Shown in pieces: positions 10,101 through 18,653 of a stretch of DNA of 64,000 bases. The translations under genes were made by a program, and so were the position numbers. Below the pieces are notes generated by a model. It was not told the DNA's origin. It made no database searches and worked only from the letters and a program-made list of their open reading frames with translations. This DNA is from a virus: the IMG/VR virus record IMGVR_UViG_3300049733_000058, positions 4,532-68,531 of that record. The stretch is one strand, 5' to 3'. How positions within the stretch are numbered: the stretch's first letter is position 1; the number at the start of each line of letters is the position of its first letter.

Positions 10101-12206
10101 TGCTGCCCCGAACGTCCGGGCGGCGGTATAGATATCACGAGGGTCAAACGTCAGTTGGGCGCCCCGTGCAATGATCTGCTCGGTGAGGTCTTTGGCCAGT
10201 GGCCCGGTGACCAAGCCTTCTTCAGTCAGGCGACGGGCGACGCCGTAGGCAAGGTCTCTGGGCTTGAAACCAAGTGGGCTGGCGTGACTGCCGAGGAAGT
10301 CCACGAGGTGGTCGGCGACCATGCGGGCGGACATGTTGTGAATCACGTCGCCACGGGTCAGCATCAGGTAGTGGGTGAATTCGTCGGCGAGATTGTCGGC
10401 AACCTCCTTGGGCATGCGAGTGATGAAGTTGAAGGTGACGTTCAGCGGCCCCTTGGGTACGATGCGAATGTTGCCCACCAGTGCGCCATGCTCGTCGATT
10501 TCCACAATGGCCCGGAAGATGCCATTCAAGAAGTTCTTGGGTAGGGCGCTGATGTGCCCACCGATGGAGCCATCTTGATACATCTTGATGACGCCTCGGT
10601 AGGCGGTCTTCGGGAAGAACGAGAGGGACTTGATCAACCCCGTAGGTGTGAAGTTGACGTGTCCCCGCAGCCAGTCGAAAGGGTCAAGGCGTAGGCGTTC
10701 GCCCCAACTGGTCCACGTCATGCTGACCTTGCTGGCGAACTGCTCACCTCCCGGTAGTTTCAACAGCACCCGGTGTACCAGGTTGCGGCGCTGAATCTCG
10801 GCGTTGATGACGCTGCGCAGGTTGGCTCGGTTTTCTCGGCTGCGCAGCATCTTGTTGGTGGATTCAAACAGCAGTTGCAACTGCTCTTCATCACGGTGCC
10901 CCGGTAGGATGGTGTTGAGAAATCGCTTGGCATCGTCCCCGACGTGCTCGGCGTGGTACAGGATGCGGTCACCCGCAGCCCGGAGCCGGTCGATTTCAAT
11001 GGGCAGGCTGGACCACTCCGGTCCACCCGGCCATGCCCGTTGCACCTTGAATTCCAAGGGACGGCGGGTGCTGATGTCAATGGCCCGTGCCCTGGCGATG
11101 ACCACCTCGTCCCAGTTGGGCAGGAAGCGCTCCTGCAAGGTGAGCGCACGGTTGAACAAGGTCTGTGCGGTCATGTCGCCTTGGGCAATCAGCCTGCGCA
11201 GGTGGTTGAGCCAGTCCTCGAACAGTTGGCTCCCTAGAAAGCGCACCCCCGCTGCCGCTGCCATGTTGCTGACGGCGCTGGCTGCGTAGGCACTGAGCCC
11301 GGTGACCGCTGCGCCCAGGACCACACCCTTAACCGCTTTCGCAACCTTGGACTTTTGCCTCGACATTTTTTCTCGATCATCCTTCTTAGTGGAAATCGAG
11401 AAACGTCGAACACAATGCGGATGGGCAATGGGATTGGCCCGTGCGTCTTCAATGCTGACCCGCAGGCCGTTGGCCTTCAGCGGATCGGCGTGGTAGGTCC
11501 AGCCACAGTCGGGGCCGTCGTGCACGATGATGGTGACTTGCTTGCCCTTCAACCTTTCACGCTCTGCCCCGGCAAGGGCGCCTAGGTTGTGCAACTTCTG
11601 AGCGTAGGCGTCACCCTGCAACCGAGCGTAGCGTTCCAGACCCCACTGCCGCCCGTCACTGCCCATAGCAGCCTTGACGCCGTACCTCCGGTCGATGTTG
11701 ACCTGGTTCATTTCCAGGACGTCAGGGCCAAGCGCTCCACCCCGACCAGCCTTGAACATTGATTTGCCCAGGTAGTTGGTCGTCCTGCCGAAGCGCTTGC
11801 GGCGGCTCTGGGTGTCTTCCCACACATGGTTGACGAAACGCTCGCTGTCTCGGGCAGCGTAACTGCGAGCGTTGCGCATCTTCATGTAGTGTTCGAGACT
11901 CAGCCGCTGCACGGCCCCTCGGTCAGTAGGCAGCATGACGAAGTCCGGCGACGTGCTGCGGGCGCCTTCCAGGTAGATCTTATCGAAGAAGCCGGTGCGC
12001 AGGCGGTCCAGGTGCGTGTCGTTGGCGTCTCGGAGTTCTTGCTTGACCTCTCGGGTAATCAGGCTGACGGCCCGACGTCGGGTCATGTCCTGGACTGTGA
12101 ACTCATTTTTGATGACTGTGTTCTGCCACTTGAAGATAATACGCCCCACTGATCGGTCAGGTCGAAGCAGGGCGTCTACAAATTCGCTTCCGGCTACCAC
12201 CGGCAT
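7122..12206 (-). CDS. MuF/minor-capsid-like polyvalent protein with HExxH metallopeptidase-like and ADP-ribosyltransferase-like C-terminal domains
   Basis: 1694 aa in the head operon; N-terminal DGPDCGW...HPHCVRRF (MuF-type); LHETAH plus downstream EMISE; C-terminal FRG...FSSFT...LEAL..GTFEV (R-S-E ART pattern). Confidence 0.75.
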   Translation of the reverse strand: MPVVAGSEFVDALLRPDRSVGRIIFKWQNTVIKNEFTVQDMTRRRAVSLITREVKQELRDANDTHLDRLRTGFFDKIYLEGARSTSPDFVMLPTDRGAVQRLSLEHYMKMRNARSYAARDSERFVNHVWEDTQSRRKRFGRTTNYLGKSMFKAGRGGALGPDVLEMNQVNIDRRYGVKAAMGSDGRQWGLERYARLQGDAYAQKLHNLGALAGAERERLKGKQVTIIVHDGPDCGWTYHADPLKANGLRVSIEDARANPIAHPHCVRRFSISTKKDDREKMSRQKSKVAKAVKGVVLGAAVTGLSAYAASAVSNMAAAAGVRFLGSQLFEDWLNHLRRLIAQGDMTAQTLFNRALTLQERFLPNWDEVVIARARAIDISTRRPLEFKVQRAWPGGPEWSSLPIEIDRLRAAGDRILYHAEHVGDDAKRFLNTILPGHRDEEQLQLLFESTNKMLRSRENRANLRSVINAEIQRRNLVHRVLLKLPGGEQFASKVSMTWTSWGERLRLDPFDWLRGHVNFTPTGLIKSLSFFPKTAYRGVIKMYQDGSIGGHISALPKNFLNGIFRAIVEIDEHGALVGNIRIVPKGPLNVTFNFITRMPKEVADNLADEFTHYLMLTRGDVIHNMSARMVADHLVDFLGSHASPLGFKPRDLAYGVARRLTEEGLVTGPLAKDLTEQIIARGAQLTFDPRDIYTAARTFGAARVARDLGYVVRQFKFHSAKVEWRIFNKSIFDISANLRIPIDAVKRVVEDLSLQNLLTKNFDGTYSGLFRWVMTNPVEVFKTIQVSSRHLAEETGAGIKSTLFGGIRFSGLRAVENNPFLRALQRGNVRFLSRLHFDQDGLRSVATNMKIFGWNVYDIANVLALRAQEVKALVDEGFASMHLMSYRLGFTKLDDAIPNWDRTVETMRKMFSSSIEGEGPVSRAEALDRVVTAMGNKFTNPVDERALRYLADILPSDGPRQIQLKLLHLRNWINNVEAREGIVYRDWSSSGVLNPFGFQGLPPGVKAEYLEVYQKIGKAAQHLTMDDLIAKSHEMYRKGRHMRLVDPLAPIKGGFDLDYYFGRFQTYFIARGEALAVIQRNWERLVTNFEIATRKFVPTSYSVTRLEPEQYATIANWKRLAVEESPTSFRVGETRFFIELFDEAEQMLGPNTLLNAVDDDFVKESLRLQLYTRKRFPNLEDMPGIRITTDRAYVANAGQFSYLQGNINVHAEWAFNYAKTQADVSDIIRYEARSGVVPTGRRYTGDNIFDRLMLHETAHWLTDHLTEAEIHELVDVIADRTSLNLHWITNPKYIEQRLTDIAALPFDYKTRDPLGSSFMAWRRQVVLRDELRINQAPNNLRAVERNIVRITGEYGAMNIDEMISENMSHYLYHRDPTNLSRIIGGFYDEKLLGRQAARMVDQARPVGGEVVADQRDVIERVFNHEVPSNMTDDFKKRALRIARTFDGEEDTAQAMQEALFPYRHYQGETLDTSVLHYWAEDNSQVTTIRAAWEEMHGIARPEVAYNDRDVAAAIHLDKMWEKYSYPDKKKMFRGITYETVGNTPQQAHAEELMKVGNTFELPFSSFTEEDWMAATYSHLDKPFTRGIFVELEGGAQRLPVVDKDFGLADLTATTVGRNLEALTKGTFEVVSVTPRWTPSKRVIENLIKEYGLELDFSDEELEEQKAEFSQMMQDKVTKVVLRRVVDTVSPRVGG

Positions 12207-12210
12207 GGCG

Positions 12211-12540
12211 CTACCTCACATCGGGGCGATCAATGACCGTGACGCCGTAGTGCTGTGAGCCGTTCGGCCCGGTCATGAATTCCTCCAGATGCTTTTGAGC
12301 CGATTGAAGGTTGGCTCCCCACCCGATGCTGATGCCACCAATCGACATGTTGGTGGGCTGGTCCAGTGTGAGGACGGTGATCCGTGCTCGGATGGACTCT
12401 TCGATGGCGGCGTTGACCGCCTGGGTGTGGTCACTGCTCGTGGCCTCCAGGCGGTCAACACGCTCGTTGAACTCGGCGTCACTTTCCAGTTCGCCAATCC
12501 AGGACCGAGCATACGCCAGTTCGTCGCTAGTGGCTGGCAT
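12211..12540 (-). CDS. head-to-tail adaptor
   Basis: 109 aa from MPATSDEL; MSIGGISIGW motif; synteny after capsid. Confidence 0.65.
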   Translation of the reverse strand: MPATSDELAYARSWIGELESDAEFNERVDRLEATSSDHTQAVNAAIEESIRARITVLTLDQPTNMSIGGISIGWGANLQSAQKHLEEFMTGPNGSQHYGVTVIDRPDVR

Positions 12541-12820
12541 CGTCTTCCTCGAGAGCGGTGATGAGATCCGCCTTCTTCTGGGACGTGGGCTCCAGGCCAC
12601 GGTTCTTGACTTCTGACGCCAACTCCTTGGCCGTCATGTCGTCGTATTCGAGACCGGAGAGGTCGTGCTCGACTTCCTCTTCACCCGGCCAGGGCTCGAA
12701 AGCCCTCTCGTTGATGTCGCCGTCCTTGACACCGGGCGGCAGGTCCTCGTCCGGACTGACCAGTACGGCGCTGCCGTCTTCAGTCAACACGGTTACGGTG
12801 CGGAGTCGCTGTCGGGGCAT
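12527..12820 (-). CDS. small protein with SAP/HeH-like motif
   Basis: YDDMTAKELASEVKNRGL...KKADLITAL; typical gene downstream of actinophage capsids. Confidence 0.65.
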   Translation of the reverse strand: MPRQRLRTVTVLTEDGSAVLVSPDEDLPPGVKDGDINERAFEPWPGEEEVEHDLSGLEYDDMTAKELASEVKNRGLEPTSQKKADLITALEEDDASH

Positions 12821-12841
12821 GTGATTTCCCTTCTTGTGGTC

Positions 12842-12878
12842 GGGCCGGGGCTAGGGGGTCAAGCCGAGACCCCGGCCC
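12842..12878 (-). terminator. GC-rich hairpin after major capsid gene
   Basis: gggccgggg / ccccggccc 9-bp inverted repeat; no clear U tract. Confidence 0.4.
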
Positions 12879-12892
12879 TTCCACAATCGCTG

Positions 12893-13942
12893 TTAGGCGA
12901 CGTCTGCGACGATCAGTGCCTTCGGCGCTGCCATGGTGGGCAGTGCGACGGCAGTCGCCAGCGTGGACGTCTGGACGGGGTGCTCCTGGGTAAGGGTCAG
13001 AGCCACGATCCCAGGCATGGCGGTCTGATCGATCAGACCCTTGCCTGCCAGCACGATCGACTCGGCAGTGACACCGTAGAACGTCTCCCCCATGGGGGTG
13101 CCCGCCGGAGGCAGGCCGAGGACGAACTGAGGGTCCAGCACCGAGGTCTGTGCAATCGTGCCGTTGGCCTGGCCCACCCGGACCTTCACGTCGTACGTGG
13201 AGATCGGAGCAATTCCGTTGGCGGCGAGTACGGCGTCCACGACGTCCCGGTTGATCCGGTTGGGCGTGGTCCCGGCGAAGGCCACGGCCTGACGGAACTC
13301 AGCGTTCATCATCAGGTTCGAGACCCGAGCCTGGCTCATGAGCCAGGTGCCGGGGGTGGTGCCGTTCTCGTCCACGTAGAACTCCGTCCACGTGAGCAGG
13401 TCCGTCAGGGGCTTGGCGTTGGTCGTGTCCGTCCACAGGGCGATGGGAGTCACCTTGTGGTTGGCCGGGAGGCCGAAGTCCGCCTCGATCTGGAGACCGT
13501 TCTCGTTGAACGTCACCTTGCCCGTGGTGAGCAACTGACCCCTGGCCAGTTCGATGCGAGCCTGGACGGAGCGGACCATGAGTTCGCTGTCGTCGTAGAT
13601 CGCATTGATCAGCGGGTCGTTGGTACCCCGGTCCAGCGTGCGCAGCCGGAGCATCTCCTCTTCACCGAGGGGGATCGCCCGGCTGACCGGGGGGATCTCA
13701 CCACGGATCCGAGTGATGCCCGGACGCCCGGTGAACGGTGCCGGGGTGTCCCATGCACGGTACTCGGCCGTCTCCACATCGTTCAGCGTGCCCTGCCGAA
13801 TCCGGTACTCGAGGTCCGGAATCTGCCTGTTGGGCAGCCAACGGTCGAGGGTGAACTGGTTCTTGAGGACCTCGTTGTCGTAGGCACGAACGTAGTGGGT
13901 CAGTTCGCCAACGTCGACGAGATCGTAGAGGATGTTCGGCAT
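12893..13942 (-). CDS. major capsid protein (lambda gpE-like family)
   Basis: 349 aa; AEYRAWDT, GEIPPVS, RIELARGQLLTTGKV, DFGLPANH motifs; follows scaffold and decoration genes. Confidence 0.92.
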   Translation of the reverse strand: MPNILYDLVDVGELTHYVRAYDNEVLKNQFTLDRWLPNRQIPDLEYRIRQGTLNDVETAEYRAWDTPAPFTGRPGITRIRGEIPPVSRAIPLGEEEMLRLRTLDRGTNDPLINAIYDDSELMVRSVQARIELARGQLLTTGKVTFNENGLQIEADFGLPANHKVTPIALWTDTTNAKPLTDLLTWTEFYVDENGTTPGTWLMSQARVSNLMMNAEFRQAVAFAGTTPNRINRDVVDAVLAANGIAPISTYDVKVRVGQANGTIAQTSVLDPQFVLGLPPAGTPMGETFYGVTAESIVLAGKGLIDQTAMPGIVALTLTQEHPVQTSTLATAVALPTMAAPKALIVADVA

Positions 13943-13956
13943 GTGTCATCCACCCC

Positions 13957-14379
13957 CTACACGTACTTGATCCAGGAAGTGACTTCCACCTTACCGGCGG
14001 CGTCCACTTCACCCTTGTTGTTGCCGGTACCCGTGAAGGCAGGCAGACGGTTCTCCCGCACGACACCCGTCCAGAACAACGCTGCACCACAGTCCGGATC
14101 GGTCAGGGCCGTGACCTTGACCTCTTCGAAAAGGTGCCCCACCAGGGTCTGAGTCCCGTCGAGGGCAGCGTTGTTGTAGGGGCCGTACTTCCCCGATGCC
14201 GTGATCACGCCGAGAGCAATGCCGCTGGGCAGGTAGCCCTGGGCGATGTGCTCTGCGTCGAACGTTGAGATGTCCAACGTGATCGGCAGCATGGAGTCGA
14301 GACCCATCCGCATGCGAATCCACGACTTGTCGGAGGCCTTGTTGAAGCCCTCCGATGAGGTCGCAATCTGCGTACCCAC
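13957..14379 (-). CDS. head decoration protein
   Basis: 140 aa; GYLPSGIALGVITASGKYGPY...DGTQTLVGHL. Confidence 0.8.
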   Translation of the reverse strand: MGTQIATSSEGFNKASDKSWIRMRMGLDSMLPITLDISTFDAEHIAQGYLPSGIALGVITASGKYGPYNNAALDGTQTLVGHLFEEVKVTALTDPDCGAALFWTGVVRENRLPAFTGTGNNKGEVDAAGKVEVTSWIKYV

Positions 14380-14412
14380 TTAGTTTCCTCCTTTGTGGGC
14401 AGACGGTTGGGG

Positions 14413-15147
14413 TTAGCCCTTTGCGAGTTCGGGGTGCCGCTCTGCCAGCCGGTTGGACGCACGCTCTGCGGCGCTGCCCTTGGGCTTGGACTTCGGCTGC
14501 CTCCCTGGATCGCTCCCTGGGACACGGGACTTCGGCGGCGTCTCGTCTTCGTCGTCGCCACCACCACCATCTCCGCTGAACAGTTCCGGCCACTCCTCCT
14601 GGAAGGTTTCTACGGCTTCCTTGATGTCGTCGGCGTCCGGCTCGTCATCCACGTTGAGACCGATGAGGCGTACTGCCCCTTCGGCCCGCTTGGGATCGGC
14701 ACCCTTCGCCAGCAACCGCCGCTCCACCTTGAGGTTGAGGCGTTCCTGTGCGACTTCAGCCTTCTGGCGTTCGTTCTCGGCCTTTGTGGCCTGGTTGCGC
14801 TCACGCTCCTTGGCCAAGTCCTTTTCCTCTTCCGAGGAGCCGTCCTTGACCTTCTGGAATGCGGCCTTCATGTCGTCGACAGAATCGAAGCCAAGTTCCT
14901 TGGCCATGTCCTGCCGAGCCCGACGCTGGGCCTGCCCGACCCTCTTCTTGACGATTGCTTCGACCCTGTCCTCGCCGAACTGCCGTCCCTTGGCTTTGGG
15001 CGGTGGCTTTTCGTCGTCGTCGGTTTCATCGTCGCCGTCGTCGGTGTCGTCGTCAGCACCGTCGTCGTCCCCGTCGTCCGCACCGCCCGAAACAATGGGA
15101 ACCCATGTTCCGTCGATCCAGATTCCGAGTGCCTTGTACTTCAGCAT
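14413..15147 (-). CDS. capsid scaffolding protein
   Basis: 244 aa acidic/coiled-coil with EEWPELF motif; between portal and capsid. Confidence 0.85.
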   Translation of the reverse strand: MLKYKALGIWIDGTWVPIVSGGADDGDDDGADDDTDDGDDETDDDEKPPPKAKGRQFGEDRVEAIVKKRVGQAQRRARQDMAKELGFDSVDDMKAAFQKVKDGSSEEEKDLAKERERNQATKAENERQKAEVAQERLNLKVERRLLAKGADPKRAEGAVRLIGLNVDDEPDADDIKEAVETFQEEWPELFSGDGGGGDDEDETPPKSRVPGSDPGRQPKSKPKGSAAERASNRLAERHPELAKG

Positions 15148-15190
15148 TATGCTGCCTCCATCGGAGTGGGTTTTGGGAACTGTAACACCA

Positions 15191-16939
15191 TTAGAACGCA
15201 GGCGGTATCGCTGCCTCTTCAGGCAGGATAAACGGCGTCCCGCCTGGCACTTCTTCCCCTTCTACCGGGGTGCCGCCCACCGGCTGCCCGATACTGTCCA
15301 GCGGTACTGGATCCAGGCCCAGCATGGCTCGGCTGGCGTTGATGTCGCCGCTGGCTTCGGCCACGGTCTTGGCGCCCTCGTAGTTCTGCGACATGATGCG
15401 GATGACTTCCCGTTGGATGTCGTCGATGGGGTAGCCCGCCTGCATCAGCAGGCTGACGCCAGTTTCCAGGCTGATGGCGTGGTTGGCGATCAGGTTCCAG
15501 ACGATGGTGCTGGTCTCCTGCTTGTCGGCAGGCAGGTATGCACCGAAAGCCAGGTGAGGCTGCACGAATTCGTCCACAACTCCGTTTTGCATGAACATGC
15601 GCAAAACGAACCTGAGCAACATATCGTACTTGTCCTGTCGCACGAGCCGCATGTGCCTTACCATGTTGCTATGTGGCTGGAAAGACAATGTGAGCACGAT
15701 GCCGCTGGGGACCTTGCTTGGGTCAATGCGACCCAGCAGAGTATTCGGGATACGACCGTTCACACTCATGCGGTCCAGGAGGGACTCCTGATACTTGAGC
15801 AGTGCGTCGAGCGAACGGCTCGTGTCCAGGAGTTCCGCACCGTTCTCGCTCTCGAATACCTGACCCGGCCCGTATCCCGTCACCTTCCCTTCCTCGTTGC
15901 GGCCCAGCGTGCCTCGGACGCTCAGTGGTGGGGTGCCGGTCGTGGCACTGGCGGCGGCTAGGTCGGTCTCGCAACCCTGCACGTCGTCAATGATCTGGAG
16001 GATTGGGCTCAGGGTGCTGGTCCCGTAGTGCTCGTCTTCTGCCACGGTGTTGGGCAGGTGCACCACCGGGATGAAGTCGATCTCCAGGTCGGTCTCCGGC
16101 TTGATCTCGGTGCCGGTGCTGTTGCTGAGATCGTCAATGTCACCGTTGAGGTTCTCGTCGTTGCCGATCTCCCACTCCCGCTCGAACATCCAGCAGGATT
16201 CTGTGTGGGGCTTGCTGTTCCATGGCAGCGTGGTCGTAGTGGTGGTGGGACGCATCTCCCAGGTGATTCGCCTCAGGAATTTGCGCTTCCGGCCTCCCAC
16301 ATTTTTCTCGTACTCCCAGGCTATGTGAATTCGTTTCGGCCAGTCGCTGTCGTTCTCCCAGTCGTCCAGCACCGGGAAGTAGAAACCAGGGTCGTACACT
16401 CGTAGGCGGGGCCGCTCGTTCTGCTCGCTCCAGCCGAGGACGTACACGGCGTCGCCCAGTTTGATGGCCTTGCGCTCGGCCTCGTTCAACTTCAGGAGAA
16501 AGCGCTCTTTCTGCATCCAGTCGGTGATGAGATCGAAGACTGCCGTCGCCGGTCCTGAGACCTCGTTCTCCGACGGTGGGGCACCTTCGACCGGCGGACC
16601 AATCTGCTCCAGGGCTGCTTGCTCATCTGTGTAGCCATCCACCTGTAGGTTCTGCTCGTCGCCAATGATGCTGGAAAGCACTGCCTCCACCACCAGATAC
16701 GGGTCCCCATACTCTCGGCGCCCTTCCTTGACCTCTTCGTCTTGGGTGTTCAGCCAGCGGCGGGCGCTGGTGCGGTAGTAGTCCTCCAGAATCGTGTACG
16801 CCGTCAGGCGGCGTCCGTGTTCCTGTGCCCAGTTGGGCACTGCCATGCCGTGGTGGATGGTCAGGCGGTTCTGGAACGTCTTCTTGTAATCCAGGAAGGA
16901 CCACGGATCGACAATTGATTCGAGCGTTCCCCAGGTCAT
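15191..16939 (-). CDS. portal protein
   Basis: 582 aa directly after terminase; LGDAVYVL, YDPGFYFP, IDFIPVVHLPN, PSGIVL. Confidence 0.9.
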   Translation of the reverse strand: MTWGTLESIVDPWSFLDYKKTFQNRLTIHHGMAVPNWAQEHGRRLTAYTILEDYYRTSARRWLNTQDEEVKEGRREYGDPYLVVEAVLSSIIGDEQNLQVDGYTDEQAALEQIGPPVEGAPPSENEVSGPATAVFDLITDWMQKERFLLKLNEAERKAIKLGDAVYVLGWSEQNERPRLRVYDPGFYFPVLDDWENDSDWPKRIHIAWEYEKNVGGRKRKFLRRITWEMRPTTTTTTLPWNSKPHTESCWMFEREWEIGNDENLNGDIDDLSNSTGTEIKPETDLEIDFIPVVHLPNTVAEDEHYGTSTLSPILQIIDDVQGCETDLAAASATTGTPPLSVRGTLGRNEEGKVTGYGPGQVFESENGAELLDTSRSLDALLKYQESLLDRMSVNGRIPNTLLGRIDPSKVPSGIVLTLSFQPHSNMVRHMRLVRQDKYDMLLRFVLRMFMQNGVVDEFVQPHLAFGAYLPADKQETSTIVWNLIANHAISLETGVSLLMQAGYPIDDIQREVIRIMSQNYEGAKTVAEASGDINASRAMLGLDPVPLDSIGQPVGGTPVEGEEVPGGTPFILPEEAAIPPAF

Positions 16940-18288
16940 CGTCTACCTGCCAATCGGTAGTCGTCGGCTTGCGACTGATTGATTCGGGTCTTGGCCACCA
17001 TCATCGTGTGCATGGCCCAGTTCAAGGCGTCCATGCGGTCGGGTGACCAACTGTCGTCTGGATCCTTGGCGTCCCAGGTGGTCATTTGCTCTTCCAGTTC
17101 GGGGAATGACCCAATGTGGTGAACCCTACCCTTCTCGTACAGGTTGGCGACAGGTTCAGCCCGACGGTCCTTCCCCCGTGAGGTATGCGCCACCCGTACC
17201 GGCAGCGTGTCCTCGTACACCTGAATGCTGTGCTGCACCATCTCACCGCCGAAGTTGATTTCGGCGACGATGAAGTTGGCCTCCCAGTCGTAGTAGGCCT
17301 CGATTGCCCGCTTGGCCCATTCTGCGGTGGTGCCGTGCAGGCTGTAGTCGGCGAGGACGAAACCGTGGGTCATGGCCGTCAGTCGGGGCGGGCAGTTGTA
17401 CCAGTATTCGCCATGCGTCATGGCGGCGACCACAATTCCGGTTTCGTCGCCCATCTTGCTGCCAGCGGGGTCCACGCCGACGCAGATCACGTCGTAGTCG
17501 TCGGGGGTGTGCATCAGCCCGATGCGATTGTCCTCGATCCAGGCAGGCTTCCACAAGGCGCCTTCCACGTCTTCCAGGTACTTGCCCAGAAGTTCCTGCT
17601 GGCCCAGGCGGGTGCCTTCGTAGTCGGTGTACAGGTCTTTCTTGACCTGCGAGTCCAGATATGGATTGTCTGCCGTAGTGGCGTGGGTAACTCGGCAGTC
17701 TTCCCGCTGCATGAGCGTCTTGATCAGCCGCCTTGATTTCGGCGTTGTGCTAACCACCACGTGAGGCCTCGGCCCAACACGTAGTCCGTATCGCATGTGC
17801 TGCCAACAGTCCTCGAGATATCGCCAGGCTGCCAACTCTTCTGCCCAGACAAAACAACGGTTACCACCCGATCGGAGCCGCTCGACATCTTCTGGGGTGT
17901 GGGCTCCGAACATCTTGCACTCTGCGCCATTCGGATACTTGACAATGGTGCCTCCGGGAGTGACTCGCAATTTCAGGTCGGCCTGGTGGGCTCGAAGTCC
18001 AGAAGGCCCATTGACACACGACGTAACGCCGTCACCAAGTGTCGGGGCGATGATTGCAGCCCAGTGGCCACCAGGAACATGGGGTAGGCAAGGTGGTCCA
18101 GAAAGATGTTCGTGCATGTACCGGGCAGCAGCAGCAGTTTTCCCGCTGCCACGCCCGCCCAGTAGCATCCAGATAAACCAACGGCCCTCGGGTGGAATCT
18201 GATGGGATAGGGCGATCCAGTCATCTTCCGGCGGGTGCAGGATATCCGCTGCTACGGCCCACGGCGAGCGAAGCCGGACCTGGCTCAC
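16936..18288 (-). CDS. terL: terminase large subunit
   Basis: Walker A GGRGSGKT, Walker B WAEE, STTP coupling motif, nuclease VGVDPA...SPDRMDA. Confidence 0.97.
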   Translation of the reverse strand: MSQVRLRSPWAVAADILHPPEDDWIALSHQIPPEGRWFIWMLLGGRGSGKTAAAARYMHEHLSGPPCLPHVPGGHWAAIIAPTLGDGVTSCVNGPSGLRAHQADLKLRVTPGGTIVKYPNGAECKMFGAHTPEDVERLRSGGNRCFVWAEELAAWRYLEDCWQHMRYGLRVGPRPHVVVSTTPKSRRLIKTLMQREDCRVTHATTADNPYLDSQVKKDLYTDYEGTRLGQQELLGKYLEDVEGALWKPAWIEDNRIGLMHTPDDYDVICVGVDPAGSKMGDETGIVVAAMTHGEYWYNCPPRLTAMTHGFVLADYSLHGTTAEWAKRAIEAYYDWEANFIVAEINFGGEMVQHSIQVYEDTLPVRVAHTSRGKDRRAEPVANLYEKGRVHHIGSFPELEEQMTTWDAKDPDDSWSPDRMDALNWAMHTMMVAKTRINQSQADDYRLAGRR

Positions 18289-18653
18289 GCAACATCCTCG
18301 GTGATCCAGACCTTGATCTTGCGTCCGCCAGTCAGGTCGTCATTGGGGATCGTTTCGGTCTTTCCTGCGATGTTCACCTTGAACTCGGCGTCGTACCAAC
18401 CCGGAGTGTCGGTATCACCTGCGGCCCAGTCGTAACGCAGAATTGCGTTGGGCGCATCCTCAACGAAGCCGGGACTTCCGTCGATCTTGGGCGGGTCGGT
18501 GGCGTCACCTTCGGCTCGGAGGAAGAACGTGATGGGTGTTGACGGTTGCAGGTCGGGCAGTGGAACCTTGTGACCATTGACCCGAGTGAAGGCTGCAATC
18601 TTGAGGCTGGGCAGCCGGTCACCCTTGCCAATCTTGAAAAACTCTTCCATCAT
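18285..18653 (-). CDS. BppU-N-like small structural protein
   Basis: 122 aa; IGKGDRLP, LRYDWAAGDTDTPGWYDAEF...ETIPND. Confidence 0.6.
   Translation of the reverse strand: MMEEFFKIGKGDRLPSLKIAAFTRVNGHKVPLPDLQPSTPITFFLRAEGDATDPPKIDGSPGFVEDAPNAILRYDWAAGDTDTPGWYDAEFKVNIAGKTETIPNDDLTGGRKIKVWITEDVA

Noticed and set aside
1300-15961. Long + strand ORFs (1300-2811, 9084-10544, 12665-14152, 14453-15961)
   Set aside because: Antisense shadows of GC3-biased structural genes; no RBS or recognisable motifs
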